From: Prorocentrum cordatum
Taxonomy: Eukaryota
DNA: 64,000 nt
NCBI GenBank assembly: GCA_963575745.1
Contig: CAUYUJ010000039.1
Coordinates: 1-64,000 of the forward strand
Direction of reading: 5' to 3'
Below, piece by piece: positions 16,014 through 28,270 of this stretch. Below the pieces are notes generated by a model. It did not search any database. It saw only the letters and a list, made by a program, of their open reading frames with translations, and was not told the origin of the DNA. Numbering within the stretch: the first letter of the stretch is position 1; the number at the start of each line of letters is the position of its first letter. The position numbers and the translations under genes were made by a program.

Positions 16014-16396
16014 GCGGACTTAGGACTCAGGACTCAGGACAGAGAATTCGTGCGCGAACCAAGCATGTCCATCTGTCGTTCAAGTGCCGTGTGGGAGCAA
16101 TAATGCTGGGGTTTTTAGTTGCGTGGCACTGCAGCCCAAGGTAGCAGCGCATTTTCTCGCAGCAATGTCCAGCGAGCTGCAGCCCAAGGTAGCAGCTCAT
16201 GTACAGTGCTGGCCGCTGCATCCCGGCACCTTCTGCTGAGAACACAAGCCATTGTGGTTATTTCAGCGCAAGCACGCCATGAACGCTGTCTGCAGGCGTT
16301 TGGCCTCTGACACTCTCGGGCGTAAGCGGACTGCGTTCTTGAAAGGTGTGTGGGACTCATTTTGTCGCCTCGTCCTTGCGAGGTGTGAGAAAAAAA

Positions 16397-18454
16397 TTAG
16401 CCTGGCGAAGGACCCAACCATATGCAGTTGAGAGTACCGCAATTGTGAATATCTTCTTCGGTGGCGCTCCCTATGGGGCCACGAGCCGTATGAGGGGTGT
16501 GCCGAAATGCGTGGCAGTGTACACAACACGAACGAAGACGATAGGTCCGAATATGAAAGCTTGAGCGCGTGCGAGTCGGATCGCGAGCGAGTCTGATTAT
16601 GAATGAATCTGCGCGCGATTGATTCTATTCGCATGAATGCGTGCATGGATACGCCCAGTGTAAATGTATGTATACGACTGTGAACAGTTTGGGTCTGCGT
16701 GACTCTCGGTACTCGTGACTCTGAGCGTCGCCTCTGCAGGGGGCTTCCCTGGGAACCCCGACGGCAGCGCCCGCGCGCCGCGACGCCCATGTCGGCACGC
16801 CACACACCTGGTGTGCGGGACGCATGCGGACGGCAGCACTGGGGCCTTCGGTGGAGCTCCCTGTGGGGCCACGAAACGTGTGAGGGGTGTGCCGAAATGG
16901 GTGTGCGGGACGCATGCGGACGGCAGCCATGGGGCCTTCGGTGGAGCTCCCTATGGGGCCACGAAACGTGTGAGGGGTGTGCCGAAATGGGTGTGCGGGA
17001 CGCATGCGGACGGCAGCACTGGGGCCTTCGGTGGAGCTCCCTGTGGGGCCACGAAACGTGTGAGGGGTGTGCCGAAATGGGTGTGCGGGACGCATGCGGA
17101 CGGCAGCCATGGGGCCTTCGGTGGAGCTCCCTATGGGGCCACGAAACGTGTGAGGGGTGTGCCGAAATGGGTGTGCGGGACGCATGCGGACGGCAGCACT
17201 GGGGCCTTCGGTGGAGCTCCCTGTGGGGCCACGAAACGTGTGAGGGGTGTGCCGAAATGGGTGTGCGGGACGCATGCGGACGGCAGCCATGGGGCCTTCG
17301 GTGGAGCTCCCTATGGGGCCACGAAGCGTGTGATGGGTGTGCCGGAATGGGTGTGCGGGACGCATGCGGACGGCAGCACTGGGGCCTTCGGTGGAGCTCC
17401 CTATGGGGCCACGAAACGTGTGAGGGGTGTGCCGAAATGGGTGTGCGGGACGCATGCGGACGGCAGCCACTGGGGCCTTCGGTGGAGCTCCCTATGGGGC
17501 CACGAAACGTGTGAGGGGTGTGCCGAAATGGGTGTGCGGGACGCATGCGGACGGCAGCACTGGGGCCTTCGGTGGAGCTCCCTATGGGGCCACGAAACGT
17601 GTGAGGGGTGTGCCGAAATGGGTGTGCGGGGACGCATGCGGACGGCAGCCATGGGGCCTTCGGTGGAGCTCCCTATGGGGCCACGAAACGTGTGAGGGGT
17701 GTGCCGAAATGGGTGTGCGGGACGCATGCGGACGGCAGCACTGGGGCCTTCGGTGGAGCTCCCTGTGGGGCCTCGAAACGTGTGAGGGGTGTGCCGAAAT
17801 GGGTGTGCGGGACGCATGCGGACGGCAGCACTGGGGCCTTCGGTGGAGCTCCCTGTGGGGCCACGAAACGTGTGAGGGGTGTGCCGAAATGTGTGTGCGG
17901 GACGCATGCGGACGGCAGCCATGGGGCCTTCGGTGGAGCTCCCTGTGGGGCCACGAAACGTGTGAGGTGTGCCGAAATGGGTGCGCGGGACGCATGCGGG
18001 CGGCAGCCATGGGGCCTTCGGTGGAGCTCCCTATGGGGCCACGAACGTGTGAGGTGTTGTGCCGAAATGGTTGGTGGTGCGGGACGCATGCGGACGGCAG
18101 CACTGGGGCCTTCGGTGGAGCTCCCTGTGGGGCCACGAAACGTGTGAGGGGTGTGCCGAAATGGGTGTGCGGGACGCATGCGGACGGCAGCCATTGGGCC
18201 TTCGGTGGAGCTCCCTATGGGGCCACGAAACGTGTGAGGGGTGTGCCGAAATGGGTGTGCGGGACGCATGCGGACGGCAGCCATGGAGCCTTCGGTGGAG
18301 CTCCCTATGGGGCCACGAAACGTGTGAGGGGTGTGCCGAAATGGGTGTGGAGGAGGGAGGAGGGCGGAGGAGGAGAGGAGGAGGAGGAGAGGAGGTGGGA
18401 CGCGGGGCGCTGTCTCTTCAAAACGAGGACCCAACACCACAGGATGGTTGGGAA
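16397..18454 (+). mobile_element. 90-bp-satellite element, copy B (in the A-tract of retrogene 1)
   Basis: Same termini; 90-bp array ~16811-18350; absent at the equivalent site in units 3 and 4. Confidence 0.85.
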
Positions 18455-19902
18455 AAACAAGTCGTGGCCCTACGCGGACTTCTCGGATCTGCGCTGGGCC
18501 CCTGGCGGGGCCAGCGCAGACCCCAGGAATCCGCGCGGACCTCCGACGGCTTATGTTTCTGCCGTCGCAGAGCAGTCTCAGGAGGGGGGGCGAGGCAGCG
18601 ACCCCCCCCTCGCCCACGGATCGGCGATGGGGGCCACTGGCTGCCCCGCCGAGGAACATCCGGCCTCTCTCTCTCGGGGGCCCGTCGCCGATCTGTCGAC
18701 GATGCATCGCCGACCCCGGGTCGAGGTGTCCCCCCCCCTCGGCCAGATCGTCCCGAGCGACCGCCAGGGAGCCGAGTGATGGCCCGAAAGCCAGGGGGGA
18801 ACGGCAGGCAGGCGGGGGGTTGGGCTCGGGGGGGGGGGGACGCATCGACCCCCCGTCGCCCTTGATCGCCGTTCGGACGGATGTCTGGTCTGTGCAGCGT
18901 GCTTGAAGTTCGCGTTGCATCTTATGAGCGGGAACGCGTTGTCTTTGCAGGGTTTATGTGCATCCACTTTTCTGTTTGCGCTGCCTTTTTCGTGTATCGT
19001 TCTCCCTATTGACTCCCGCGACAAAGCGCCAATGATGACTGACATCTAGATGTATCGGCTAGTTTGCGCTGGCCACCTTTGACCCGATGCTGTCCTGGAG
19101 GGGGTGCGTTTCCCCCCCCCCCGCTCGACCGTTGTCGTGGCGGTTGATTCTGTCGCGGCCGCCATTTGGGGCTGCTCCTTGCCGCTGCCTCCAGGCATCC
19201 GACGTCAGTGGATTGATTATGATGATACGTGCGAGGAGGTCTGGAACCATCCACACGGCGGTTTTGACGCGAACCGATTCCCGCCCCAGGGCTTCACGAG
19301 GCGGGGAAACGTGCCAAACCAAACGTTCCGTCTTGCTTAGTTCGTGCCGCGAGGGCGTGGGGTTGCTTGCCGCTGACCCTCGCTTCCCGGGCAACAGGCA
19401 GCTGCCGACTTCGACGGAGCCTCGCAGGAGATTCTCTGGAGCCCCACGAAAACAGGCCCTTCAGAAAGAGGCGAGATCAGGGGGGAAAAACTCTGGGTGG
19501 CTAGTTGGGCTCAACCCTAGGTGTCGTCTTAGATTTTTTTTAGGCAGGATTGCCTGCATGGAAATTGTCTCCCCCGGCACTCGATCACCTTTGAAACAGA
19601 TTCGGCAAAGAAGTGAGTCCCGACTGCGTGAAGTCCAGCTTCCGTGGGCATCGCCACGCCCCAACACGAGAAGCACCCCTGCAAGCTTGCAGGCCTGCTG
19701 GAGTCCAGAGACTATAGCTGTCTCCCGTCCAGGACGGCCGCTCCCCGTCGCCGATCCCCGGGCATGGTCCCAAACTCCTGGTCATTTCTGGAACCCAGCC
19801 AAAGTCTGAGATTGGGGTCGCCGTACCCCCCGTTGGATCATGGGCAACGGCAGGGGGGATGTACAACTCAACAGCTGCACGCCAAATAAAAAGTCGTGGC
19901 CC

Positions 19903-19924
19903 TCCGTAGCCATTTTGGCTCAAG
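19903..19924 (+). other. Genomic DinoSL copy
   Basis: Exact 22-mer upstream of gene copy 2. Confidence 0.97.
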
Positions 19925-19993
19925 ATACAAGCATCCCTACAAATTACACAAGCCCTTTGGAGTGAGCTGTTTTTTGTTCACGCCTCCCCAGAC

Positions 19994-21037
19994 ATGGGTG
20001 TGATGCCGTCCGCCGTGTTTTCTGTGTCTTTTCTGTTGTCCACAGGGGGTTGCTGCGCAACTGAGCTGAAGACCTACATGGCCCGGACGGACGGGTGGGT
20101 CATTGATTCGGCAAACGCACGCTCCTGCACTGCGATATGCAGCGAGGTCGGCAAGACGTGCACAGCTGCGAGCGAGACGATCATGACTAACGCCGCTGCG
20201 TCGGCAAGTGCCCTCAAGACCGCCCTCGGCAGCCAGTTCTCCACATTCTGCCCAGGTGGTGTCCAGGACACGAATCCCAGTGACGACGTGCCCTTTCTGT
20301 TTGCCCCGGGCAACTTCTGCGAGTACGGCCGCGGGAGCTACAGATCGAGGTGCGAGACTGCAGGTGAAAATTGGAAGGTGCGGCGGATCTGCTACTGCCA
20401 GGCGACGCCGGCGCCTTCGCCAGCGCCGACGCCCGCACCATCGGCTTCGCCAACGCCCGCACCATCGGCTTCGCCAACGCCAGCACCGACGCCCGCGACC
20501 CCCTCACCGACGCCTGCACCTACGCAGGCGCCGACGCCTGCCCCTACGCCAGCCCGTACGCCTGCAGCGATTGCTGCTGCAGTCGGGGATCCTCACCTGG
20601 TAAATATACACGGGGAGCGTTTTGATCTCCTCAAAGATGGCAGGCACTTGCTGGTCGAGGTCCCACAGTTTGCAGCGGAGAGCGCGACGCTCCTGGCCGT
20701 CGCGGCCGTGGCACAGCGTTGTGGCGACGCATGCTCGGACGTTTACTTTGTATCCATTAATGTGACCGGTAAGTGGGCGGACGACGTGCGCGAGGGCGGC
20801 TTCCATTACACGGCCAAGCAGCCGCAGGCCCATCGAAAGGGAACGGGCTGGATGAGCTTCCACAGCATTAAATTGAAGACCGTATGGGGCCGTACTGGCG
20901 GAGGCATTCCCTACCTGAATATGTTTGTCAAGAACTTGGGCAAGTCGGGGTATCCAGTCGGTGGTTTGCTCGGCGGTGGGGACCATTCCTCCGTCACCAA
21001 TCCCGATTTGCGCTGCAAGCGCTACCTCGCATTTTAA
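19994..21037 (+). CDS. Retrogene copy 2: 347-aa secreted protein (signal peptide, 8-Cys domain, Pro/Thr/Ala linker, GDPH VWD-like C-terminal domain)
   Basis: Intact intronless ORF with hydrophobic N-terminus, SCxxxCxxxGxxC...RRICYC, (PAPSPAPT)-type repeats and AVGDPHLVNIHGERFDL. SL lies 70 nt upstream. Confidence 0.9.
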   Translation: MGVMPSAVFSVSFLLSTGGCCATELKTYMARTDGWVIDSANARSCTAICSEVGKTCTAASETIMTNAAASASALKTALGSQFSTFCPGGVQDTNPSDDVPFLFAPGNFCEYGRGSYRSRCETAGENWKVRRICYCQATPAPSPAPTPAPSASPTPAPSASPTPAPTPATPSPTPAPTQAPTPAPTPARTPAAIAAAVGDPHLVNIHGERFDLLKDGRHLLVEVPQFAAESATLLAVAAVAQRCGDACSDVYFVSINVTGKWADDVREGGFHYTAKQPQAHRKGTGWMSFHSIKLKTVWGRTGGGIPYLNMFVKNLGKSGYPVGGLLGGGDHSSVTNPDLRCKRYLAF

Positions 21038-21421
21038 GCGGACTCAGGACTCAGGACTCAGGACAGAAAATTAATGCGCGTACCAAGCATGTCCATCTTT
21101 TGTTCAAGTGCCGTGTGGGAGAAATAATGCTGGGGTTTTTAGTTGCGTGGCACTGCAGCCCAAGGTAGCAGCGCATTTTCACGCAGCAGTGTTCAGCGAG
21201 CTGCAGCCCAAGGTAGCAGCTCATGTACAGTGCTGGCCGCTGCATCCCCGGCACCTTCTGCTGAGAACACAAGCCATTGTGGTTCTTTCAGCGCAAGCAC
21301 GCCATGAACGCTGTCTGCAGGCGTTTGGCCTCTGACTCTCTCGGGCGTAAGCGGACTGCGTTCTTGAAAGGTGTGTGGGACTCATTTTGTCGCCTCGTCC
21401 TTGCGAGGCGTGAGAAAAAAA

Positions 21422-23679
21422 TTAGCCTGGCGAAGGACCCAACCATATGCAGTTGAGAGTACCGCAATTGTGAATATCTTCTTCGGTGGCGCTCCCTATG
21501 GGGCCACGAGCCGTATGAGGGGTGTGCCGAAATGCGTGGCAGTGTACACAACACGAACGAAGACGATAGGTCCGAATATGAAAGCTTGAGCGCGTGCGAG
21601 CCGGATCGCGAGCGAGTCTGATTATGAATGAATCTGCGCGCGATTGATTCTATTCGCATGAATGCGTGCATGGATACGCCCAGTGTAAATGTATGTATAC
21701 GACTGTGAACAGTTTGGGTCTGCATGACTCTCGGTACTCGTGACTCTGAACGTCGCCTCTGCAGGGGGCTTCCCTGGGAACCCCGACGGCAGCGCCCGCG
21801 CGCCGCGACGCCCATGTCGGCACGCCACACACCTGGTGTGCGGGACGCATGCGGACGGCAGCACTGGGGCCTTCGGTGGAGCTCCCTGTGGGGCCACGAA
21901 ACGTGGGAGGGGTGTGCCGAAATGGGTGTGCGGGACGCATGCGGACGGCAGCACTGGGGCCTTCGGTGGAGCTCCCTGTGGGGCCACGAAACGTGTGAGG
22001 GGTGTGCCGAAATGGGTGTGCGGGACGCATGCGGACGGCAGCACTGGGGCCTTCGGTGGAGCTCCCTGGGGGGCCACGAAACGGGTGAGGGGTGTGCCGA
22101 AATGGGTGTGCGGGACGCATGCGGACGGCAGCACTGGGGCCTTCGGTGGAGCTCCCTGTGGGGCCACGAAGCGTGTGAGGGGTGTGCCGAAATTGGTGTG
22201 CGGGGCGCATGCGGACGGCAGCGCTGGGGCCTTCGGTGGAGCTCCCTGTGGGGCCACGAAACGTGTGAGGGGTGTGCCGAAATGGGTGTGCGGGACGCAT
22301 GCGGACGGCAGCCCTGGGGCCTTCGGTGGAGCTCCCTATGGGGCCGCGAAACGTGTGAGGGGTGTGCCGAAATGGGTGTGCGGGACGCATGCGGACGGCA
22401 GCATTGGGGCCTTCGGTGGAGCTCCCTGTGGGGCCACGAAACGTGTGAGGGGTGTGCCGAAATGGGTGTGCGGGACGCATGGGGGGGGGGGGGACACGTA
22501 CGGCAGCACTGGGGCCTCGGTGGAGCTCCCTATGGGCCACCGAAACGTGTGAGGGGTGTGCCGAAAGGGGTGTGCGAGGGACGCATGCGGTCGGCAGCAC
22601 GGGGCCGTGGGTGGAGCTCCCTGTGGGTCCACGAAGACGTGTGGAGGGGTGTGACGAACATGGACTGCGAATGATCAGGGTGGTATGCGGACGGCAGCAA
22701 CTGGGGCCTTCGGTGGAGCTCCCTGTGGGGCACGGAAACGCTGGAGGGAGTGCCGAAATGGGTGGTGGGGAAGCATGCGAACCCTGCCACTGGGGCCTTC
22801 GGTGGAGCTCCCTATGGGGCCACGAAACGTGTGAGGGGTGTGCCGACATGGGTGTGCGGGACGCATGCGGACGGCAGCACTGGGGCCTTCGGTGGAGCTC
22901 CCTATGGGGCCACGAAACGTGTGAGGGGTGTGCCGAAATGGGTGCGCGGGACGCATGCGGACGGCAGCACTGGGGCCTTCGCTGGAGCTCCATGTGGGGC
23001 CACGAAACGTGTGAGGGGTGTGCCGAAATGGTTGTGCGGGACGCATGCGGGCGGCAGCCATGGGGCCTTCGGTGGAGCTCCCTGTGGGGCCACGAAAACG
23101 TTGCTGAGGCGTGTGGCCGAATGGGTGCGCGGGGAGCAATGCGGGACGCAGCACGGGGGGCCATTCGGTGGAGCTCCCTATGGGGCCACGAAACGTGTGA
23201 GGGGTGTGCCGAAATGGGTGTGCGGGACGCATGCGGACGGCAGCACTGGGGCCTTCGGTGGAGCTCCTGTGGGGCCACGAAACGTGTGAGGGGTGTGCCG
23301 AAATGGGTGTGCGGGACGCATGCGGACGGCAGCCATGGGGCCTTCGGTGGAGCTCCCTATGGGGCCACGAAACGTGTGAGGGGTGTGCCGAAATGGGTGT
23401 GCGAGACGCATGCGGACGGCAGCCATGGGGCCTTCGGTGGAGCTCCCTATGGGGCCACGAAACGTGTGAGGGGTGTGCCGAAATGGGTGTGCGGGACGCA
23501 TGCGGACGGCAGCACTGGGGCCTTCGGCGGAGCTCCCTATGGGGCTACGGAGCGCTGTACTGGGCGGGTGAAACGCAAGGAAGAGGGGGAGGAGGGAGGC
23601 GGAGGAGGAGGAAGGAGGAAGGAGACGCGGGGCACCGTCTCTTCAAAACGAGGACCCAACACCACAGGATGGTTGGGAA
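21422..23679 (+). mobile_element. 90-bp-satellite element, copy C (in the A-tract of retrogene 2)
   Basis: Same termini and position as copy B, so probably co-duplicated with the unit. Confidence 0.85.
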
Positions 23680-25143
23680 AAAAATCGTGGCCCTACGCGG
23701 ACTTCTCGGATCTGCGCTGGGCCCCTGGCGGGGCCAGCGCAGACCCCAGGAATCCGCGCGGACCTCCGACGGTTTATGTTTCTGCCGTCGCCGGCTCCTT
23801 TCGCAGAGTAGTCTCAGGGGGGGCGAGGCAGCGACCCCCCCCTCGCCCACGGATCGGCGATGGGGGCCATTGGCTGCCCCGCGCAAGGGACATCCGGCCT
23901 CTCCTCTCGGGGGCCCGTCGCCGATCTGTCGACGATGCATCGCCGATCCCGGGTCGAGGTGTCCCCCCCCCCCTCGGCCAGATCGCCCCGAGCGACCGCC
24001 AGGGAGCCGAGCGATGGCCCGAAGGCCAGGGGGGAACGGCAGGCAGGCGGGGGGTTGGGCTCAGGGGGGGGGGACGCATCGACCCCCCGTCGCCCTTGAT
24101 CGCCGTTCGGACGGATGTCTGGTCTGTGCAGCGTGCTTGAAGTTCGCGTTGCATCTTATGAGCGGGAACGCGCTGTCTTTGCAGGGTTTATGTGCATCCA
24201 CTTTTCTGTTTGCGCGCTGCCTTCTTCGTATATCGTTCTCCCTATTGACTCCCGCGACAAAGCGCCAATGACGACTGACATCTAGATGTATCGGCTAGTT
24301 TGCGCTGGCCACCTTTGACCCGATGCTGTCCTGGAGGGGGTGCGTTTCCCCCCCCCCCGCTCGACCGTTGTCGTGGCGGTTGATTCTGTCGCGGCCGCCA
24401 TTTGGGGCTGCTCCTTGCCGCTGCCTCCAGGCATCCGACGTCGTGATTGATTATGTTGATACGTGGTCAGAGGTCTGGACCCCTTCACACGGCCGGTTTT
24501 TTGACGCGAACCGATTTGCCCCGCCCCAGGGCTCTCGAGGCGGACACGTGCCAACAAACGTTCCGTCTTGCTTCGTTCGTGCCGCGAGGGCGTCGGGGTC
24601 CTTGCCGCTGACCCTCGCTTCCCTGGCCACAGGCAGCTGCCGATCCTTCGACGGAGCCTCGCAGGCGATTTCTCGGAGCCCCCCACGAAAAATCAGGCCG
24701 TTCAGAAAAGAGTGCGAGATCAGGGGGGAACAACTCTGGTGGCTAGTTGGGCTCACCCCTAGGTGTCGTCTTAGATTTGGGCAGGATTGCCTGCATGGAA
24801 TTTCTCCCTCCCGCCACCCGATCACCTTTTGAACAGAAGGCGTGCAAGTGACCAGCAGTTGGGGGTCACAGCCAGGCTTCTTCGGTGCATCGGCACGCCC
24901 TCCACCGCCCCCCCTCCGCCAACGCTTGCCAGGCCTGCTGGAGTCCCAGAGGACTATAGCGTATCCCGTCCGGACGGCGATTCCCCCGTCGCCGATCCCC
25001 GGGCATGGTCCCAAACTCCTGGTCATTTCTGGAACCCAGCCAAAGTCTGAGATTGGGGTCGCCGTACCCCCCGTTGGATCATGGGCAACGGCAGGGGGGA
25101 TGTACAACTCAACAGCTGCACGCCAAATAAAAAGTCGTGGCCC

Positions 25144-25165
25144 TCCGTAGCCATTTTGGCTCAAG
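25144..25165 (+). other. Genomic DinoSL copy
   Basis: Exact 22-mer upstream of gene copy 3. Confidence 0.97.
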
Positions 25166-25234
25166 ATACAAGCATCCCTACAAATTACACAAGCCCTTTG
25201 GAGTGAGCTGTTTTTTGTTCACGCCTCCCCAGAC

Positions 25235-26358
25235 ATGGGTGTGATGCCGTCCGCCGTGTTTTCTGTGTCTTTTCTGTTGTCCACAGGGGGTTGCTGCGCA
25301 ACTGAGCTGAAGACCTACATGGCCCGGACGGACGGGTGGGTCATTGATTCGGCAAACGCACGCTCCTGCACTGCGATATGCAGCGAGGTCGGCAAGACGT
25401 GCACAGCTGCGAGCGAGACGATCATGACTAACGCCGCTGCGTCGGCAAGTGCCCTCAAGACCGCCCTCGGCAGCCAGTTCTCCACATTCTGCCCAGGTGG
25501 TGTCCAGGACACGAATCCCAGTGACGACGTGCCCTTTCTGTTTGCCCCGGGCAACTTCTGCGAGTACGGCCGCGGGAGCTACAGATCGAGGTGCGAGACT
25601 GCAGGTGAAAATTGGAAGGTGCGGCGGATCTGCTACTGCCAGGCGACGCCGGCGCCTTCGCCAGCGCCGACGCCCGCACCATCGGCTTCGCCAACGCCCG
25701 CACCATCGGCTTCGCCAACGCCAGCACCGACGCCCGCGACCCCCTCACCGACGCCTGCACCTACGCAGGCGCCGACGCCTGCCCCTACGCCAGCCCGTAC
25801 GCCTGCAGCGATTGCTGCTGCAGTCGGGGATCCTCACCTGGTAAATATACACGGGGAGCGTTTTGATCTCCTCAAAGATGGCAGGCACTTGCTGGTCGAG
25901 GTCCCACAGTTTGCAGCGGAGAGCGCGACGCTCCTGGCCGTCGCGGCCGTGGCACAGCGTTGTGGCGACGCATGCTCGGACGTTTACTTTGTATCCATTA
26001 ATGTGACCGGTAAGTGGGCGGACGACGTGCGCGAGGGCGGCTTCCATTACACGGCCAAGCAGCCGCAGGCCCATCGAAAGGGAACGGGCTGGATGAGCTT
26101 CCACAGCATTAAATTGAAGACCGTATGGGGCAGTACTGGCGGAGGCATTCCCTTTTATCTTTCTTCTTTCTACAGTTATGTCTTTTCTCATCTTTTTTCT
26201 TTAATTTCCTTTTTTCTGTCTTTTTTATATGTTTACCTGAATAATGTTTGTCAAGACTTGGCAAGTCGGGGTATCCAGTCGGTGGTTTGCTCGGCGGTGG
26301 GGACCATTCCTCCGTCACCAATCCCGATTTGCGCTGCAAGCGCTACCTCGCATTTTAA
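25235..26358 (+). pseudogene. Retrogene copy 3, interrupted by ~80 nt T-rich insertion near 26152-26232
   Basis: Essentially identical to copy 2 up to GGGIP, then a T-rich insert and small indels; homologous TAA at 26356-26358. Possibly a read error. Confidence 0.75.
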
Positions 26359-28179
26359 GCGGACTTAGGACTCAGGACTCAGGACAGAGAATTCGTGCGC
26401 GAGCCAAGCATGTCCATCTGTCGTTCAAGTGCCGTGTGGGAGAAATAATGCTGGGGTTTTTAGTTGCGTGGCACTGCAGCCCAAGGTAGCAGCGCATTTT
26501 CACGCAGCAATGTCCAGCGAGCTGCAGCCCAAGGTAGCAGCTCATGTGCAGTGCTGGCCGCTGCATCCCCGGCACCTTCTGCTGAGAACACAAGCCATTG
26601 TGGCTCTTTCAGCGCAAGCACGCCGTGAACGCTGTCTGCAGGCGTTTGGCCTCTGACACTCTCGGGCGTAAGCGGACTGCGTGCTTGAAAGGTGTGTGGG
26701 ACTCATTTTGTCGCCTCGTCCTTGCGAGGTGTGAGAAGAAAAAAAGTCGTGGCCCTGCGCGGACTTCTCGGATCTGCGCTGGGCCCCTGGCGGGGCCAGC
26801 GCAGACCCCAGGAATCCGCGCGGACCTCCGACGGTTTATATGTTTCTGCCGTCGCAGAGCAGTCTCAGGAGGGGGGCGAGGCAGCGCCCACGGATCGGCG
26901 ATGGGGGCCACTGGCTGCCCCGCCAAGGAACATCCGGCCTCTCTCTCTCGGGGGCCCGTCGCCGATCTGTCGACGATGCATCGCCGACCCCGGGTCGAGG
27001 TGTCCCCCCCCCCTCGGCCAGATCGCCCCGAGCGACCGCCAGGGAGCCGAGCGATGGCCCGAAAGCCAAGGGGGGAACGGCAGGCAGGCGGGGGGTTGGG
27101 CTCGGGGGGGGGGGGGACGCATCGACCCCCCGTCGCCCTTTGATCGCCGTTCGGACGGATGTCTGGTCTGTGCAGCGTGCTTGAAGTTCGCGTTGCATCT
27201 TATGAGCGGGAACGCGCTGTCTTTGCAGGGTTTACGTGCATCCACTTTTCTGTTTGCGCGCTGCCTTTTTCGTATATCGTTCTCCCTATTGACTCCCGCG
27301 ACAAAGCGCCAATGACGACTGACATCTAGATGTATCGGCTAGTTTGCGCTGGCCACCTTTGACCCGATGCTGTCCTGGAGGGGGTGCGTTTCCCCCCCCC
27401 TGCTCGACCGTTGTCGTGGCGGTTGATTCTGTCGCGGCCGCCATTTGGGGCTGCTCCTTGCCGCTGCCTCCAGGCATCCGACGTCGTGATTGATTATGTT
27501 GATACGTGGTCAGAGGTCTGGACCCCTTCATACGGCCGGTTTTTTGACACGAACCGATTTTCCAGCCCCAGGGCTCTCGAGGCGGACACGTGCCAACAAA
27601 CGTTCCGTCTTGCTTCGTTCGTGCCGCGAGGGCGTCGGGGTCCTTGCCGCTGACCCTCGCTTCCCTGGCCACAGGCAGCTGCCGATCCTTCGACGGAGCC
27701 TCGCAGGCGATTTCTCGGAGCCCCCCACGAAAAATCAGGCCGTTCAGAAAAGAGTGCGAGATCAGGGGGGAACAACTCTGGTGGCTAGTTGGGCTCACCC
27801 CTTAGATTTGGGCAGGATTGCCTGCATGGAATTTCTCCCTCCCGCCACCCGATCACCTTTTGAACAGAAGGCGTGCAAGTGAGTCCCGACTTGCGTGAAG
27901 TCCAGGCTTCCTTTCGGGCATCGCCACGCCCCCCACCGCCCCCCCCCTGCAAGCTTGCAGGCCTGCTGGGAGTCCAGGAGGACTATAGCTGTCTCCAGTC
28001 CAGGACGGCCGCTCCCCGTTCGCGATCCCCGGGCATGGTCCAAACTCTGGTCCATTTCTGTGAAACCAGCCAAGTCTGAGATTGGGCGTCGCCGTACCCC
28101 CGTTTGGATCATGGGCACGGCAGGGCCCAGGGGGGATGTACAACTAAACAGCTGCACACCAAATAAAAAGTCGTGGCCC

Positions 28180-28201
28180 TCCGTAGCCATTTTGGCTCAA
28201 G
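28180..28201 (+). other. Genomic DinoSL copy
   Basis: Exact 22-mer upstream of gene copy 4. Confidence 0.97.
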
Positions 28202-28270
28202 ATACAAGCATCCCTACAAATTACCCAAGCCCTTTGGAGTGAGCTGTTTTTTGTTCACGCCTCCCCAGAC

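Noticed and set aside
16811..18350. 90-bp arrays as CRISPR or as repeat-protein genes (GAFGGAPYGATKRVRGVPKW ORFs)
   Set aside because: Units are contiguous near-identical monomers with no unique spacers and no cas genes. ORFs are open in several frames on both strands and are broken by indels.
26152..26232. Newly gained intron in gene copy 3
   Set aside because: No donor or acceptor dinucleotides; low-complexity T-rich sequence with adjacent indels, more like a read error or filler.
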